Made by a program: the position numbers and the translations under genes. Positions 1 through 6,948 of a stretch of DNA of 40,000 bases are shown here, in pieces; positions within the stretch are counted from its first letter, which is position 1; each line of letters starts with the position of its first letter. Source of the DNA: Lachnospiraceae bacterium (lineage in GTDB: Bacteria; Bacillota; Clostridia; Lachnospirales; Lachnospiraceae). Under the pieces are notes generated by a model, which worked only from the letters and a program-made list of their open reading frames with translations, was not told the DNA's origin and did not search any database. The DNA lies in assembly GCA_015057025.1 (NCBI GenBank), contig SVFD01000007.1:94879-134878 (forward strand), read 5' to 3'.

Positions 1-2
1 TC

Positions 3-293
3 AAACCATCTGCTAAAATAGTAAAATTTGTATCACAAATAGACGGCATAGGAACTACAATGCGAACAGCAAAATTAAGTAATAAATTTTTGTATGATTT
101 TACAACATTAATTTATGTTTATAACGAATTTATAAATTCGAGTGTTGTAAAACAGCGGCGATTTGAACAGCTAAAAGAGTTTGTAGATGGTCGTGTAATA
201 AGAAATAAAGAATATTTTGAAAAAAACGCGTGTATAAAGTCAAGTTATACATTTGTGAAAAAAATTGTTGACTATATGAATAAATCGTGTTAA
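3..293 (+). CDS. ORF open to the window start. Codons 3-41 may be the 3' tail of the interrupted host gene (secA candidate). The ATG at 60 could start an independent 77 aa AT-rich phage ORF of unknown function.
   Basis: The frame has no stop from nt 3 to the TAA at 291-293. A weak RBS (TAGGAA) precedes ATG 60. A hairpin terminator follows. No recognisable motif. Confidence 0.35.
   Translation, partial: KPSAKIVKFVSQIDGIGTTMRTAKLSNKFLYDFTTLIYVYNEFINSSVVKQRRFEQLKEFVDGRVIRNKEYFEKNACIKSSYTFVKKIVDYMNKSC
23..41. repeat. Candidate attL (AAAATTTGTATCACAAATA)
   Basis: Matches 38001-38019 at 16 of 19 positions, with a perfect 11-bp block. Lies outside the integrase and its terminator, as expected for attL. 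Confidence 0.4.
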
Positions 294-328
294 TATTATC
301 TCACGATTAAAAAATTAAAATTTTTGTA

Positions 329-361
329 GGGAATGGGTTAAGACTCGTTCCCGATTTTTTT
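329..361 (+). terminator. Rho-independent terminator after the 3..293 ORF
   Basis: GGGAATG / CGTTCCC stem (one G-U pair), 10-nt loop, then GATTTTTTT. Confidence 0.55.
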
Positions 362-450
362 ATATTATAAAAGCAAAGTTCTTGCCAATTTGGAAGAGTT
401 ATTTAACCAAATACTTTAATATATTCTTTGATATAGTGAAATATGATAAA

Positions 451-478
451 TAAAAAGCCCTATCATTTTGATAGGGCT
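451..478 (-). terminator. Rho-independent terminator downstream of the integrase gene
   Basis: Read on the minus strand: a 9-bp stem (AGCCCTATC / GATAGGGCT) with a 5-nt loop, followed by TTTTT. Confidence 0.7.
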
Positions 479-549
479 ACAATGTTTATTACTCCACATT
501 TTGAAATAAATTCCAGTGTCAAATTTAATTTTAGTATTTGTATTATACT

Positions 550-2337
550 CTACGTCACCAACCTAAGTTGCACAGTATCCGCCCGCATTTCTCTCTTGGC
601 CAACATATCACATATGAATTCTTCTGCAGCACGTGCCGCGTCTTCTTCAGTAGCATATCCAGCCTTGCGTCGTTCTATGCGGTTACCGTTTGTATCATAA
701 TCGGTAATACGATAACACCAGCTCCGGCCAACCTGTTGTACACTGTAGGACTTCATGTTGAAACCATCGGAATAAATATACTTTCCTTTAACGGATTTGT
801 TTTCGGTGCCGAACATACAGTTATCCGGTCCGAAGTCGCCGGCTTTGTCGATGCGTAGCAGACGGAGTCCTGATGTCCATCCGTTATCCAGTGCCCACTG
901 CTCAAATGCTCCGAAGTCTTCCCATTCTTCGCAAACCTTTATACCACGTTTTGTATAATACTCGGTGCTTCTGCAGATATTCTTTGTCTTTTTCCAGATT
1001 GCATACAAAGCTTCATCACGGAGTCTTATACCGCTTCCGGTTTCAAAGGCTTCCACTGCCGCCTGTTCCATTTGTTCCGTAACTTTAACATATACGTCCC
1101 AGGTTATTTGAGTGTTGGCATGTCCCAAACGTTCCGAAACGGTCTTAATTGGGATGCCTTGCTCTATCAGCATGGTAGCATGGGTGTGCCGAAAAGCATG
1201 AAAGGTAAATTTGATTCCAAGCTTCTTGTTAATAACAAAGGATGGGTAGCGCATGGATGCGGTACCGGAAAAGGAACCGTTTTCTTTCACACATACCAAA
1301 TGCAGTTCTTCAAGGTCGGTTCTGATTTCTGTAGTCTGCAGAATACGGATTACTTTTCTCTTATTCTGGGAGAGTTCTTCAATTCCGTAACAGTGGGTAT
1401 AATATTCTTTGTAAAAGTCCCGGTTTTCGTCCTGCCACTCCTTATAATCCATTAAAGCATTGACAAGAGTGTCACCAATCGAAATGGTACGGTAAGAAGT
1501 TTTGGTCTTGCATGCTCCAAGGTACCATATTTGTTTGTTCTTGTATTTGACGTGACAGTTTACAGCACCTTTCTTTGCGTTGTAATTAAAGGTTTTGGCA
1601 ATTCGATTGACTGTGATGGTCTTTCGCTCAAAATCAATACGGTCCCAAGTAAGTCCATACACTTCCGAAACTCTCAATCCGGTGTAATAAGCAATCAGCA
1701 TTGCATAATACTGATAAAAGGATCCTTGGAAGTAGCTCAGGATAGTAGAGACTTCTTCCGTGCTCAAAACAAGAATTTCTTCATCGCCGGTGTCGCAGTA
1801 ATCGATATTGGGAATAGAAACATTGACCGTAGGATTAACGGATATAAATTCAGCCACTTCCATGGCATATTTAAAAGTTTGCCGCAGGAGTTTCAGTATA
1901 GTAGTCATATAGTCTTTGGAAAAATCATAATCCTGGCCAAGAGAATCCATAAACTCCTGCAAAACTATAGTAGTGACCGCCTTTAGTTTGTATATTCCAA
2001 GTTTGGGCTTAATATATTTGTTAATGATATTCATATAAGACGCAGCGGTACCATCTGAAATATTAGTGGAAGCATAAGTAGAAGACCAGTAATCCATATA
2101 GTCAGATACGGACATTTCCGACGGAACAAAGTGGGTACCGGCATTGTTATACCGGGCAAGAGCCTGAGTGCCGGCAATTTCAGCTTCCTTTTTGGTTTTA
2201 AAACCGCTATCGGATATTTGATTACGTTTTCCGTTGACTTTGGCTGCCTCGAAGCGGTATTCCCAGTTTGGCGGTTTGGGACGTCCGTCTTTGTAGGTTT
2301 TTCCTCTGTTTCGATTTCTGACACTTAATGAAGCCAT
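550..2337 (-). CDS. int: Tyrosine recombinase/integrase, 595 aa. N-terminal AP2-like arm-binding domain, catalytic core, and a ~160 aa C-terminal extension with a second AP2-like module.
   Basis: Start moved to MASLSV (ATG 2337, RBS AGGAGA). Catalytic signature: GLRVSE (R), HAFRHTHAT (H-x-x-R), LGHAN (H), WDVYVKV (Y). N-terminal WEYRFEAAKVNGKR..GFKTKKEAE resembles the integrase AP2 domain. Confidence 0.9.
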   Translation of the reverse strand: MASLSVRNRNRGKTYKDGRPKPPNWEYRFEAAKVNGKRNQISDSGFKTKKEAEIAGTQALARYNNAGTHFVPSEMSVSDYMDYWSSTYASTNISDGTAASYMNIINKYIKPKLGIYKLKAVTTIVLQEFMDSLGQDYDFSKDYMTTILKLLRQTFKYAMEVAEFISVNPTVNVSIPNIDYCDTGDEEILVLSTEEVSTILSYFQGSFYQYYAMLIAYYTGLRVSEVYGLTWDRIDFERKTITVNRIAKTFNYNAKKGAVNCHVKYKNKQIWYLGACKTKTSYRTISIGDTLVNALMDYKEWQDENRDFYKEYYTHCYGIEELSQNKRKVIRILQTTEIRTDLEELHLVCVKENGSFSGTASMRYPSFVINKKLGIKFTFHAFRHTHATMLIEQGIPIKTVSERLGHANTQITWDVYVKVTEQMEQAAVEAFETGSGIRLRDEALYAIWKKTKNICRSTEYYTKRGIKVCEEWEDFGAFEQWALDNGWTSGLRLLRIDKAGDFGPDNCMFGTENKSVKGKYIYSDGFNMKSYSVQQVGRSWCYRITDYDTNGNRIERRKAGYATEEDAARAAEEFICDMLAKREMRADTVQLRLVT

Positions 2338-2509
2338 AGTATCATCTCCTTTACTAATTTTGGGTATAAAAATAACAGCCCGCGAAGAACCCACGCTTGC
2401 AAGACTGTTCCGAAGATGATACAATATATAAGAGTTTTTGGTGCATCTCTTCGGAGTTGTATTCAATTGTAGAGGACCGTTCCTGTTGGCGCAGGGGCGG
2501 TTTTCTTAT

Positions 2510-2737
2510 TTATGCACTGTGTGCATCCAATTCTATCTTATCAATATCTTCTTTGGTAAAGTCATTTCCTAAAATATGGCGCATGGCATGAATGAAAGCT
2601 TTCTTCTGTGCCTCTCTGGAAAGAGAGGACTCAATAAAAATGGTATAACTGCCATCTTCATTCGAAACAACAGTTTCATGCACCTTATTATTTGGAAACC
2701 GGATAAGCTGAATCTGGTAATCAATCAACGTTTCCAC
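2510..2737 (-). CDS. Small ImmA/IrrE-like remnant with a degenerate motif (HAMRH instead of HExxH)
   Basis: IFIESSLSREAQKKAFIHAMRHILGNDF resembles the region around the ImmA zinc motif but lacks the Glu. GTG start at 2737 (a TTG at 2728 is an alternative). Overlaps the upstream repressor gene by 17 nt. Confidence 0.4.
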   Translation of the reverse strand: METLIDYQIQLIRFPNNKVHETVVSNEDGSYTIFIESSLSREAQKKAFIHAMRHILGNDFTKEDIDKIELDAHSA

Positions 2738-3320
2738 GTCCTTTTCTATTTAATACTGAAAGTACATCTTGTAATAATTGCAGAGCCTCAGGACTTGCAT
2801 CTTTCGCTAATTCAAAGAGAGCGAGCAAATCAGGATTCTCATAAATGGTGCGAGCGATAGCAATAGTATAACTATCGGGCTCTTTTAATGGTTCTGCCAA
2901 ATCGGAATAGCCAAAATTAAAGTAATCAAAGAGCAATTGGAGTTTATCTTTCCGAGGAAACGCAATTCCCTGACACCAGGTATTAAATGTTTGTGGAGAA
3001 ACATTTATATCATCAGCAATTTCCTTTTGCGTTTTTTCGGATTGTAAGACCAATTCATTTAGTTTCAAAGTAAACATACTTTGTAAATCATGACTTGTAC
3101 TATTAGAAGTATTAAGTAACTGACTTCGTCCGCGTAAAGTATTTAAATCTATATTAAAGAAGTCGGCAATTTTTTCTTCTGTTTTAAAATCAGGTTCTCG
3201 TTGCCCTGCCTCATACATACTAATAGCGGATGGAGATATTCCAAGGCGCAATGCAAATTCACGCTGGGATAAGTTATTAAGTTTTCTATAATATTTTAAT
3301 ATATCTTTGAAATCAGACAT
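2721..3320 (-). CDS. XRE-family regulator with two HTH domains and a conserved C-terminal domain
   Basis: HTH 1: LSQREFALRLGISPSAISMYEAGQREP. HTH 2: KTQKEIADDINVSPQTFNTWCQG. The C-terminus (YENPDLLALFELAKDASPEALQLLQDVLSVLNRK) is paralogous to the C-terminus of the next gene. Confidence 0.8.
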   Translation of the reverse strand: MSDFKDILKYYRKLNNLSQREFALRLGISPSAISMYEAGQREPDFKTEEKIADFFNIDLNTLRGRSQLLNTSNSTSHDLQSMFTLKLNELVLQSEKTQKEIADDINVSPQTFNTWCQGIAFPRKDKLQLLFDYFNFGYSDLAEPLKEPDSYTIAIARTIYENPDLLALFELAKDASPEALQLLQDVLSVLNRKGRGNVD

Positions 3321-3346
3321 AATATACCCCGTAATAATAGTAAAAA

Positions 3347-3745
3347 TTAATCAATCTTTCCTTGTTCTTTTCGTTTCAATGCTAATAACATGCTGTGAAC
3401 TGTTTGTAAGTCTTCCGGACTTGCATCCTGAGCCGCATCGAAGAGCATACGTAGTTCTTTGTTTTCAAAAATAGACTGAGCCATCATGGAAGTTTCTTTG
3501 TTCAGATAGTACGAATTAGATTTTTCTGTATGCCTTTCCAGTAAATCGGATTTTTCTATTTTTAACCAGTTGCATATGGATTGTATTTTATCCATGCGCG
3601 GCATTTTTTTTCCGTTACACCAATCTGAAACTGTAGCTGAAGAAACTCCTATATACTTATATAAATCTGCTTGCGTTTTTTGGTTGATTTTTAAATAATA
3701 GACTAAATTAGTGGAAAAGATTTTTTTGTATTCTTCATCGGACAT
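3347..3745 (-). CDS. CI-like XRE repressor (single HTH plus shared C-terminal domain)
   Basis: Start moved to MSDEEYKK (ATG 3745, RBS GGAGG). HTH: KTQADLYKYIGVSSATVSDWCNGKKMP. Divergent from the cro-like gene. Confidence 0.8.
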   Translation of the reverse strand: MSDEEYKKIFSTNLVYYLKINQKTQADLYKYIGVSSATVSDWCNGKKMPRMDKIQSICNWLKIEKSDLLERHTEKSNSYYLNKETSMMAQSIFENKELRMLFDAAQDASPEDLQTVHSMLLALKRKEQGKID

Positions 3746-3766
3746 ATAACGCACCTCCATATGGCA

Positions 3767-3795
3767 ATTATAAGCTAAAAGTTTGTAAAAATCAA
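3767..3795 (-). promoter_or_regulatory. Putative sigma-A promoter for the repressor gene
   Basis: Minus strand reads TTGATT, a 17-nt spacer, then TATAAT. The spacer contains an operator-like CTTTTAGCT. Confidence 0.55.
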
Positions 3796-3843
3796 CAAAA
3801 AACACAAAAATGTTAACTTTTAGCATTGACAACTAGCTAAAAG
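3773..3843. promoter_or_regulatory. Operator-like repeats AGCTAAAAG in the switch region
   Basis: AGCTAAAAG at 3773-3781 and 3835-3843. An inverted CTTTTAGC lies at 3817-3824. The latter two bracket the -35 TTGACA as an inverted repeat. Confidence 0.55.
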
Positions 3844-3853
3844 CGAGTATAAT
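3826..3853 (+). promoter_or_regulatory. Putative sigma-A early lytic promoter for the cro-like operon
   Basis: TTGACA (3826-3831), a 16-nt spacer, TATAAT (3848-3853), about 25 nt upstream of the cro-like start. Confidence 0.65.
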
Positions 3854-3878
3854 AAAGGCAAAAAGGAGTGAGTAATTT

Positions 3879-4085
3879 ATGAAAGTATCATTAAAGGCAT
3901 TAAGAGTTAATGCGAATATGAATCAAAAGGAAGTGGCAAAAATGATGAAAATATCGACAAATACATTGATAAGTTGGGAAAATAATCATACTGCGCCTAA
4001 TGCGTTGCAGATGGCTAAATTATGTTCAATCTATAAATGCTCATTAGATGATATTTTTTTGCCTGATAAACTAGCTAAAAGCTAG
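3879..4085 (+). CDS. Cro-like XRE HTH protein (68 aa)
   Basis: HTH: MNQKEVAKMMKISTNTLISWENNHTAPN. Divergent from the repressor. RBS AAGGAG. Confidence 0.8.
   Translation: MKVSLKALRVNANMNQKEVAKMMKISTNTLISWENNHTAPNALQMAKLCSIYKCSLDDIFLPDKLAKS
4071..4085. promoter_or_regulatory. Fourth operator-like copy inside a CTAGCT-AAA-AGCTAG palindrome at the cro-like stop codon
   Basis: CTAGCTAAAAGCTAG contains AGCTAAAAG (4073-4081). The arms are exact reverse complements. No T-run follows, so it is not a typical terminator. Confidence 0.4.
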
Positions 4086-4196
4086 CAAACATAAGCGGAA
4101 AGGAGAAATATGAAACGAAGTAAAGAGGTATCAATCATAGTAGAAGCTTTGGTAAAAGAAGGTTAGAAAATAGCACTAAGTATCTTTTAGAAGAGC

Positions 4197-4212
4197 GTTG
4201 CGACGTCGCAAC
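4197..4212. repeat. Perfect 16-bp palindrome GTTGCGACGTCGCAAC (copy 1, intergenic)
   Basis: Self-complementary over all 16 nt. An identical copy lies at 11080-11095 and a 14/16 copy at 24291-24306. Confidence 0.9.
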
Positions 4213-4241
4213 AAAATCCTAGGAAAAAGGAGGAAGTTATC

Positions 4242-4496
4242 ATGCAGGCACAGGAACAACTTTATACCGTAAAAGAAGTGGCAGAGATATTAAAGACCGG
4301 TGTCAATTATGTGTACAAGCTTAAGAATGCAGGACTGCTCAGATTTTTGGTAATCGGAAGATTGAAGTGTAGAAAATCAGAACTGGAACGATTCTTGTCC
4401 GAGTATGAGGGATATGACATTACAGATCCTTTTAATATTAAGCCTATCGATAAGGAGGGTACATATGAAACAGAAGAAAATGCCCACAATAATTAA
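4242..4496 (+). CDS. Excisionase-type (MerR-like) HTH DNA-binding protein
   Basis: YTVKEVAEILKTGVNYVYKLKNAGLLRF is the typical excisionase-family HTH. RBS AAAGGAGG. Confidence 0.6.
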   Translation: MQAQEQLYTVKEVAEILKTGVNYVYKLKNAGLLRFLVIGRLKCRKSELERFLSEYEGYDITDPFNIKPIDKEGTYETEENAHNN

Positions 4497-4653
4497 GATA
4501 CTAAGTTGGCTAATGTTTTTTGTATTTTGTTATGCCGGCAGCAGTCTTGATTCGGTATCATGGGCACCATTCGTATTAACGGTTATTTCTATGACATATT
4601 TAATCATTGTCGGAATCCATTACGGATTAGTAGGAGGTGAGGAAGAGGAATGA
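4465..4653 (+). CDS. Small membrane protein (62 aa, two hydrophobic helices)
   Basis: Start at MKQKKMPT (RBS AAGGAGG). Hydrophobic segments ILSWLMFFVFCYAG and WAPFVLTVISMTYLIIVGI. Confidence 0.5.
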   Translation: MKQKKMPTIIKILSWLMFFVFCYAGSSLDSVSWAPFVLTVISMTYLIIVGIHYGLVGGEEEE

Positions 4654-4811
4654 AAGGAAGTAAGAGAGCAGTAAATCCTACCTACGCACAGAAGAAACGA
4701 ATTACCAACGCCGGGCTTGATTATAAAGAGTATCTGGTACAGGAAGAGGATAATATCACGATAACGCTGATACATAAAGAAACAGGCAAGCGGGAGGTGG
4801 TCCTGTGCTGA
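4650..4811 (+). CDS. Hypothetical protein (53 aa)
   Basis: ATGA overlap with the preceding stop and GGAAGAGGA upstream. Below the ORF-track length cut-off. Translation: MKGSKRAVNPTYAQKKRITNAGLDYKEYLVQEEDNITITLIHKETGKREVVLC. Confidence 0.4.
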   Translation: MKGSKRAVNPTYAQKKRITNAGLDYKEYLVQEEDNITITLIHKETGKREVVLC

Positions 4812-5083
4812 CAGTGGAGCAGATTAGAGAGAAGCTGTTTGAGTTACCGAAAAAATTCGACCAACTGTGTATGGCTGGAGAATGGAAACAGGCGAAACAT
4901 GTATATGATACGGCAGTTAATATAACCGTATTTATGGAATTGGATTTAGAAGACAGAATACAGCTCTTTGGAAATAGGACATATAAAGAAGATGATGATG
5001 AACTGAAAGAAGGTATGTTTCTAGAAGCAAGAGTGCTGAGAGTATACCGAGAAAGTTTTAAAGCGGATTCAACAACGGCATAG
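4805..5083 (+). CDS. Hypothetical protein (92 aa)
   Basis: GTG start coupled to the preceding ORF. No recognisable motif. Confidence 0.5.
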   Translation: MLTVEQIREKLFELPKKFDQLCMAGEWKQAKHVYDTAVNITVFMELDLEDRIQLFGNRTYKEDDDELKEGMFLEARVLRVYRESFKADSTTA

Positions 5084-5106
5084 AAGGGTGATCTTACAAA
5101 TAAAAA

Positions 5107-5219
5107 GGACTCGTGACTGGAACCACGAGCCCGACGACCTAAGTCGTAATTACAATGAGTAATTTAATTATAGCTTATACGGTCGAAAAAGTCAAGAAAA
5201 TAGGGAGTTAGAGGCTCCC
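5107..5219 (+). other. Structured intergenic region with three short stem-loops upstream of the Rep-like gene
   Basis: CTCGTG/CACGAG (5110-5129), ACGAC/GTCGT (5134-5147), GGGAG/CTCCC (5203-5219). They lie in a 183-nt gap in an otherwise tightly packed operon. Confidence 0.5.
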
Positions 5220-5266
5220 TTTGGTCTTGCTCAAAAATATTATCTATAGGACAAGGAGAACCTTCT

Positions 5267-6007
5267 ATGCCATACGTCAAAGAAATATGTGTGGCAGGAA
5301 ATACCATAGAGATAAATAAGTATTATTCACCACGATATCATGACAAGGGAGAGAAGAGAGCCGTTAAGGAAAAGCTTACCAGTGAAGCACAGAGGAAAGT
5401 AAACCTTAGGAAAGCAATTAAAGAGTTGCGAAGGCTCATGAATCATAACTTTAAGGATGGCGATTATCTTGTAAGACTGGACTTCTTCCGGCAGCAGTCA
5501 CCCGCCGGCAGTGAACAGATGCAGGATATGATGAAGAAATTCATCCGAAAGTTAAGAACTCAGTTTCGGAAACGTGGTATGGAGTTGAAATACATCTACG
5601 TCAAGGAGATAGGTCCGAGAGGCGGTAGACACGTACATATGATGATGTCAAAGTGTGATTTAGATATCATTCGTAGGTGTTGGCCACATGGTGGTATCCA
5701 CGTGGATCCGCTGAATACAAACGGACAGTATCGAAAGATAGCGGAGTATTTCGTTAAGTATTCTTCCAGAACGGAAGAAACAGAAGGAAGATTAATCGGG
5801 AAACGGTGGTATGGTTCCCGTAATTTGTCCCGACCGCAGGTAACAAAGAGAATCATATCTGCAAATTCATTTAGGAAGCAAATCCGCGTCAAGAAGGGAT
5901 ATATCCTTGATAAAGACTCCATAGTAAATGGCATATCAGAAATAACAGGTTATGAATATTTTTCCTACACACTAATTAAAGCAGAACAGCAGTCGAGAGG
6001 AGGATGA
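5267..6007 (+). CDS. HUH-endonuclease superfamily Rep-like protein (rolling-circle initiator type)
   Basis: Motif order: YLVRLDF (motif 1-like), GRHVHMMM (HUH), AEYFVKYSSR (Y-x-x-K-Y catalytic Tyr motif). Confidence 0.55.
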   Translation: MPYVKEICVAGNTIEINKYYSPRYHDKGEKRAVKEKLTSEAQRKVNLRKAIKELRRLMNHNFKDGDYLVRLDFFRQQSPAGSEQMQDMMKKFIRKLRTQFRKRGMELKYIYVKEIGPRGGRHVHMMMSKCDLDIIRRCWPHGGIHVDPLNTNGQYRKIAEYFVKYSSRTEETEGRLIGKRWYGSRNLSRPQVTKRIISANSFRKQIRVKKGYILDKDSIVNGISEITGYEYFSYTLIKAEQQSRGG

Positions 6008-6462
6008 GCACCATGGATATGGTAAACGTGTATCTATACACGACAATAAAAGGTCCACGGAAAAGAGCGGGTGCTTTTACATACATCCTTGAAATGGAGA
6101 CTGCAAAAGGTCCGGCGACCTTATCAAAAACTGAATATCGAAAAGAGGCAACAGAGAACCAGGCAGAATTGCAGGCTTTGATTGCCGCATTAAAGAGACT
6201 AAAAAAACCTTGCGCATTGAGTATTTATACGGATTCTGAGTACTTGGCCGGAGCACTTGAGAGGGGCTGGATAGCCGAATGGAAGGCAAAAGATTGGAAA
6301 AATGCCAAAAGACAGCCCATTGCACACATGTCAGAATGGCAGGAAACGGCGGAATTACTAAATGCACACCGTTTTCAGTGCCTGGTCGGCAGCAGGCATT
6401 CTTATTATACGTGGATGCAACAGGAAGCAAAGAAGAAATTGGAGGAAAACAAAGATGTTTGA
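6004..6462 (+). CDS. RNase HI-like fold protein with a substituted first catalytic Asp
   Basis: Aligns by eye to E. coli RNase HI. VYLYTTIKG matches VEIFTDGSC (D10 becomes T). NQAELQAL retains the Glu. IYTDSEY retains D70. WKNAKRQPI matches WKTADKKPV. Confidence 0.55.
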   Translation: MSTMDMVNVYLYTTIKGPRKRAGAFTYILEMETAKGPATLSKTEYRKEATENQAELQALIAALKRLKKPCALSIYTDSEYLAGALERGWIAEWKAKDWKNAKRQPIAHMSEWQETAELLNAHRFQCLVGSRHSYYTWMQQEAKKKLEENKDV

Positions 6463-6940
6463 TAGATTTGGAGAATTTGATTCAGCAGCAGAAATAAACA
6501 AAACAGCAGTGAACCTTCGCAAAGAAGGAGACATAGAAAGCATTAAGGTGCTGGCAGAAGAAAACGGCATTGATTTGGATATAGCAGAAGCTTTTATAGA
6601 TGGCGATTTGTTTTATCTGTGTGATGACATGGCAGCAGCCATCGGAAAGATTGAAGTCGAGAGTAAGGAATTAAAACCGGTGGAAATCATGGAAGACTGG
6701 GTGGAGTACTTAAAAGCGAGATGCTTTGAGGACGAAAATATGGCAAAGGCAATTCGCAGAAAAGAAAAGAGCCTTAAAGGAGCAATAGGAGCCCTTCTTA
6801 CGTGGTCATTTAAACATCAGATTCCGATTGATAAGGACATTATGAAGGCAGCAGGCGTAACAGCTGGCCGTTGTACTCTTGGTATTCCGGGCATGGCAAA
6901 AGCTAAACAGATTATGACGGAATATTACCTCGGGAAGTAG
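6455..6940 (+). CDS. PcfK-like / AcrIIA9-family-like protein (161 aa)
   Basis: Start at MFDRFGEF (RBS GGAGGA). The sequence pattern (EINKTAVNLRKEGD..., KSLKGAIGALLTWSF, LGIPGMAKAKQIMTEYY) and its position directly upstream of a PcfJ-like gene resemble the PcfK/AcrIIA9 family, from memory only. Confidence 0.45.
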   Translation: MFDRFGEFDSAAEINKTAVNLRKEGDIESIKVLAEENGIDLDIAEAFIDGDLFYLCDDMAAAIGKIEVESKELKPVEIMEDWVEYLKARCFEDENMAKAIRRKEKSLKGAIGALLTWSFKHQIPIDKDIMKAAGVTAGRCTLGIPGMAKAKQIMTEYYLGK

Positions 6941-6948
6941 GTGGTTGT

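Noticed and set aside
169-177. A fifth copy of the operator-like 9-mer AGCTAAAAG in the left-flank ORF
   Set aside because: A single isolated 9-mer in AT-rich sequence is compatible with chance. It is far from any promoter.
538-1986. Plus-strand ORFs of 69-151 aa (538..858, 873..1082, 1072..1455, 1531..1986) overlapping the integrase gene
   Set aside because: They are antisense shadow frames of a well-supported integrase CDS, with no RBS and low-complexity or odd composition.
2510-2737. Annotating the 75 aa ORF as an active ImmA/IrrE metalloprotease
   Set aside because: The zinc motif reads HAMRH and lacks the catalytic Glu. The protein is about half the usual length. It is called only a degenerate ImmA-like remnant.
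6004-6462. RNase H-like gene as part of a retron, DGR or reverse-transcriptase system
   Set aside because: No reverse-transcriptase motifs such as YxDD are seen in any neighbouring ORF. There are no template/variable repeat pairs. The context is an HUH Rep-like gene.
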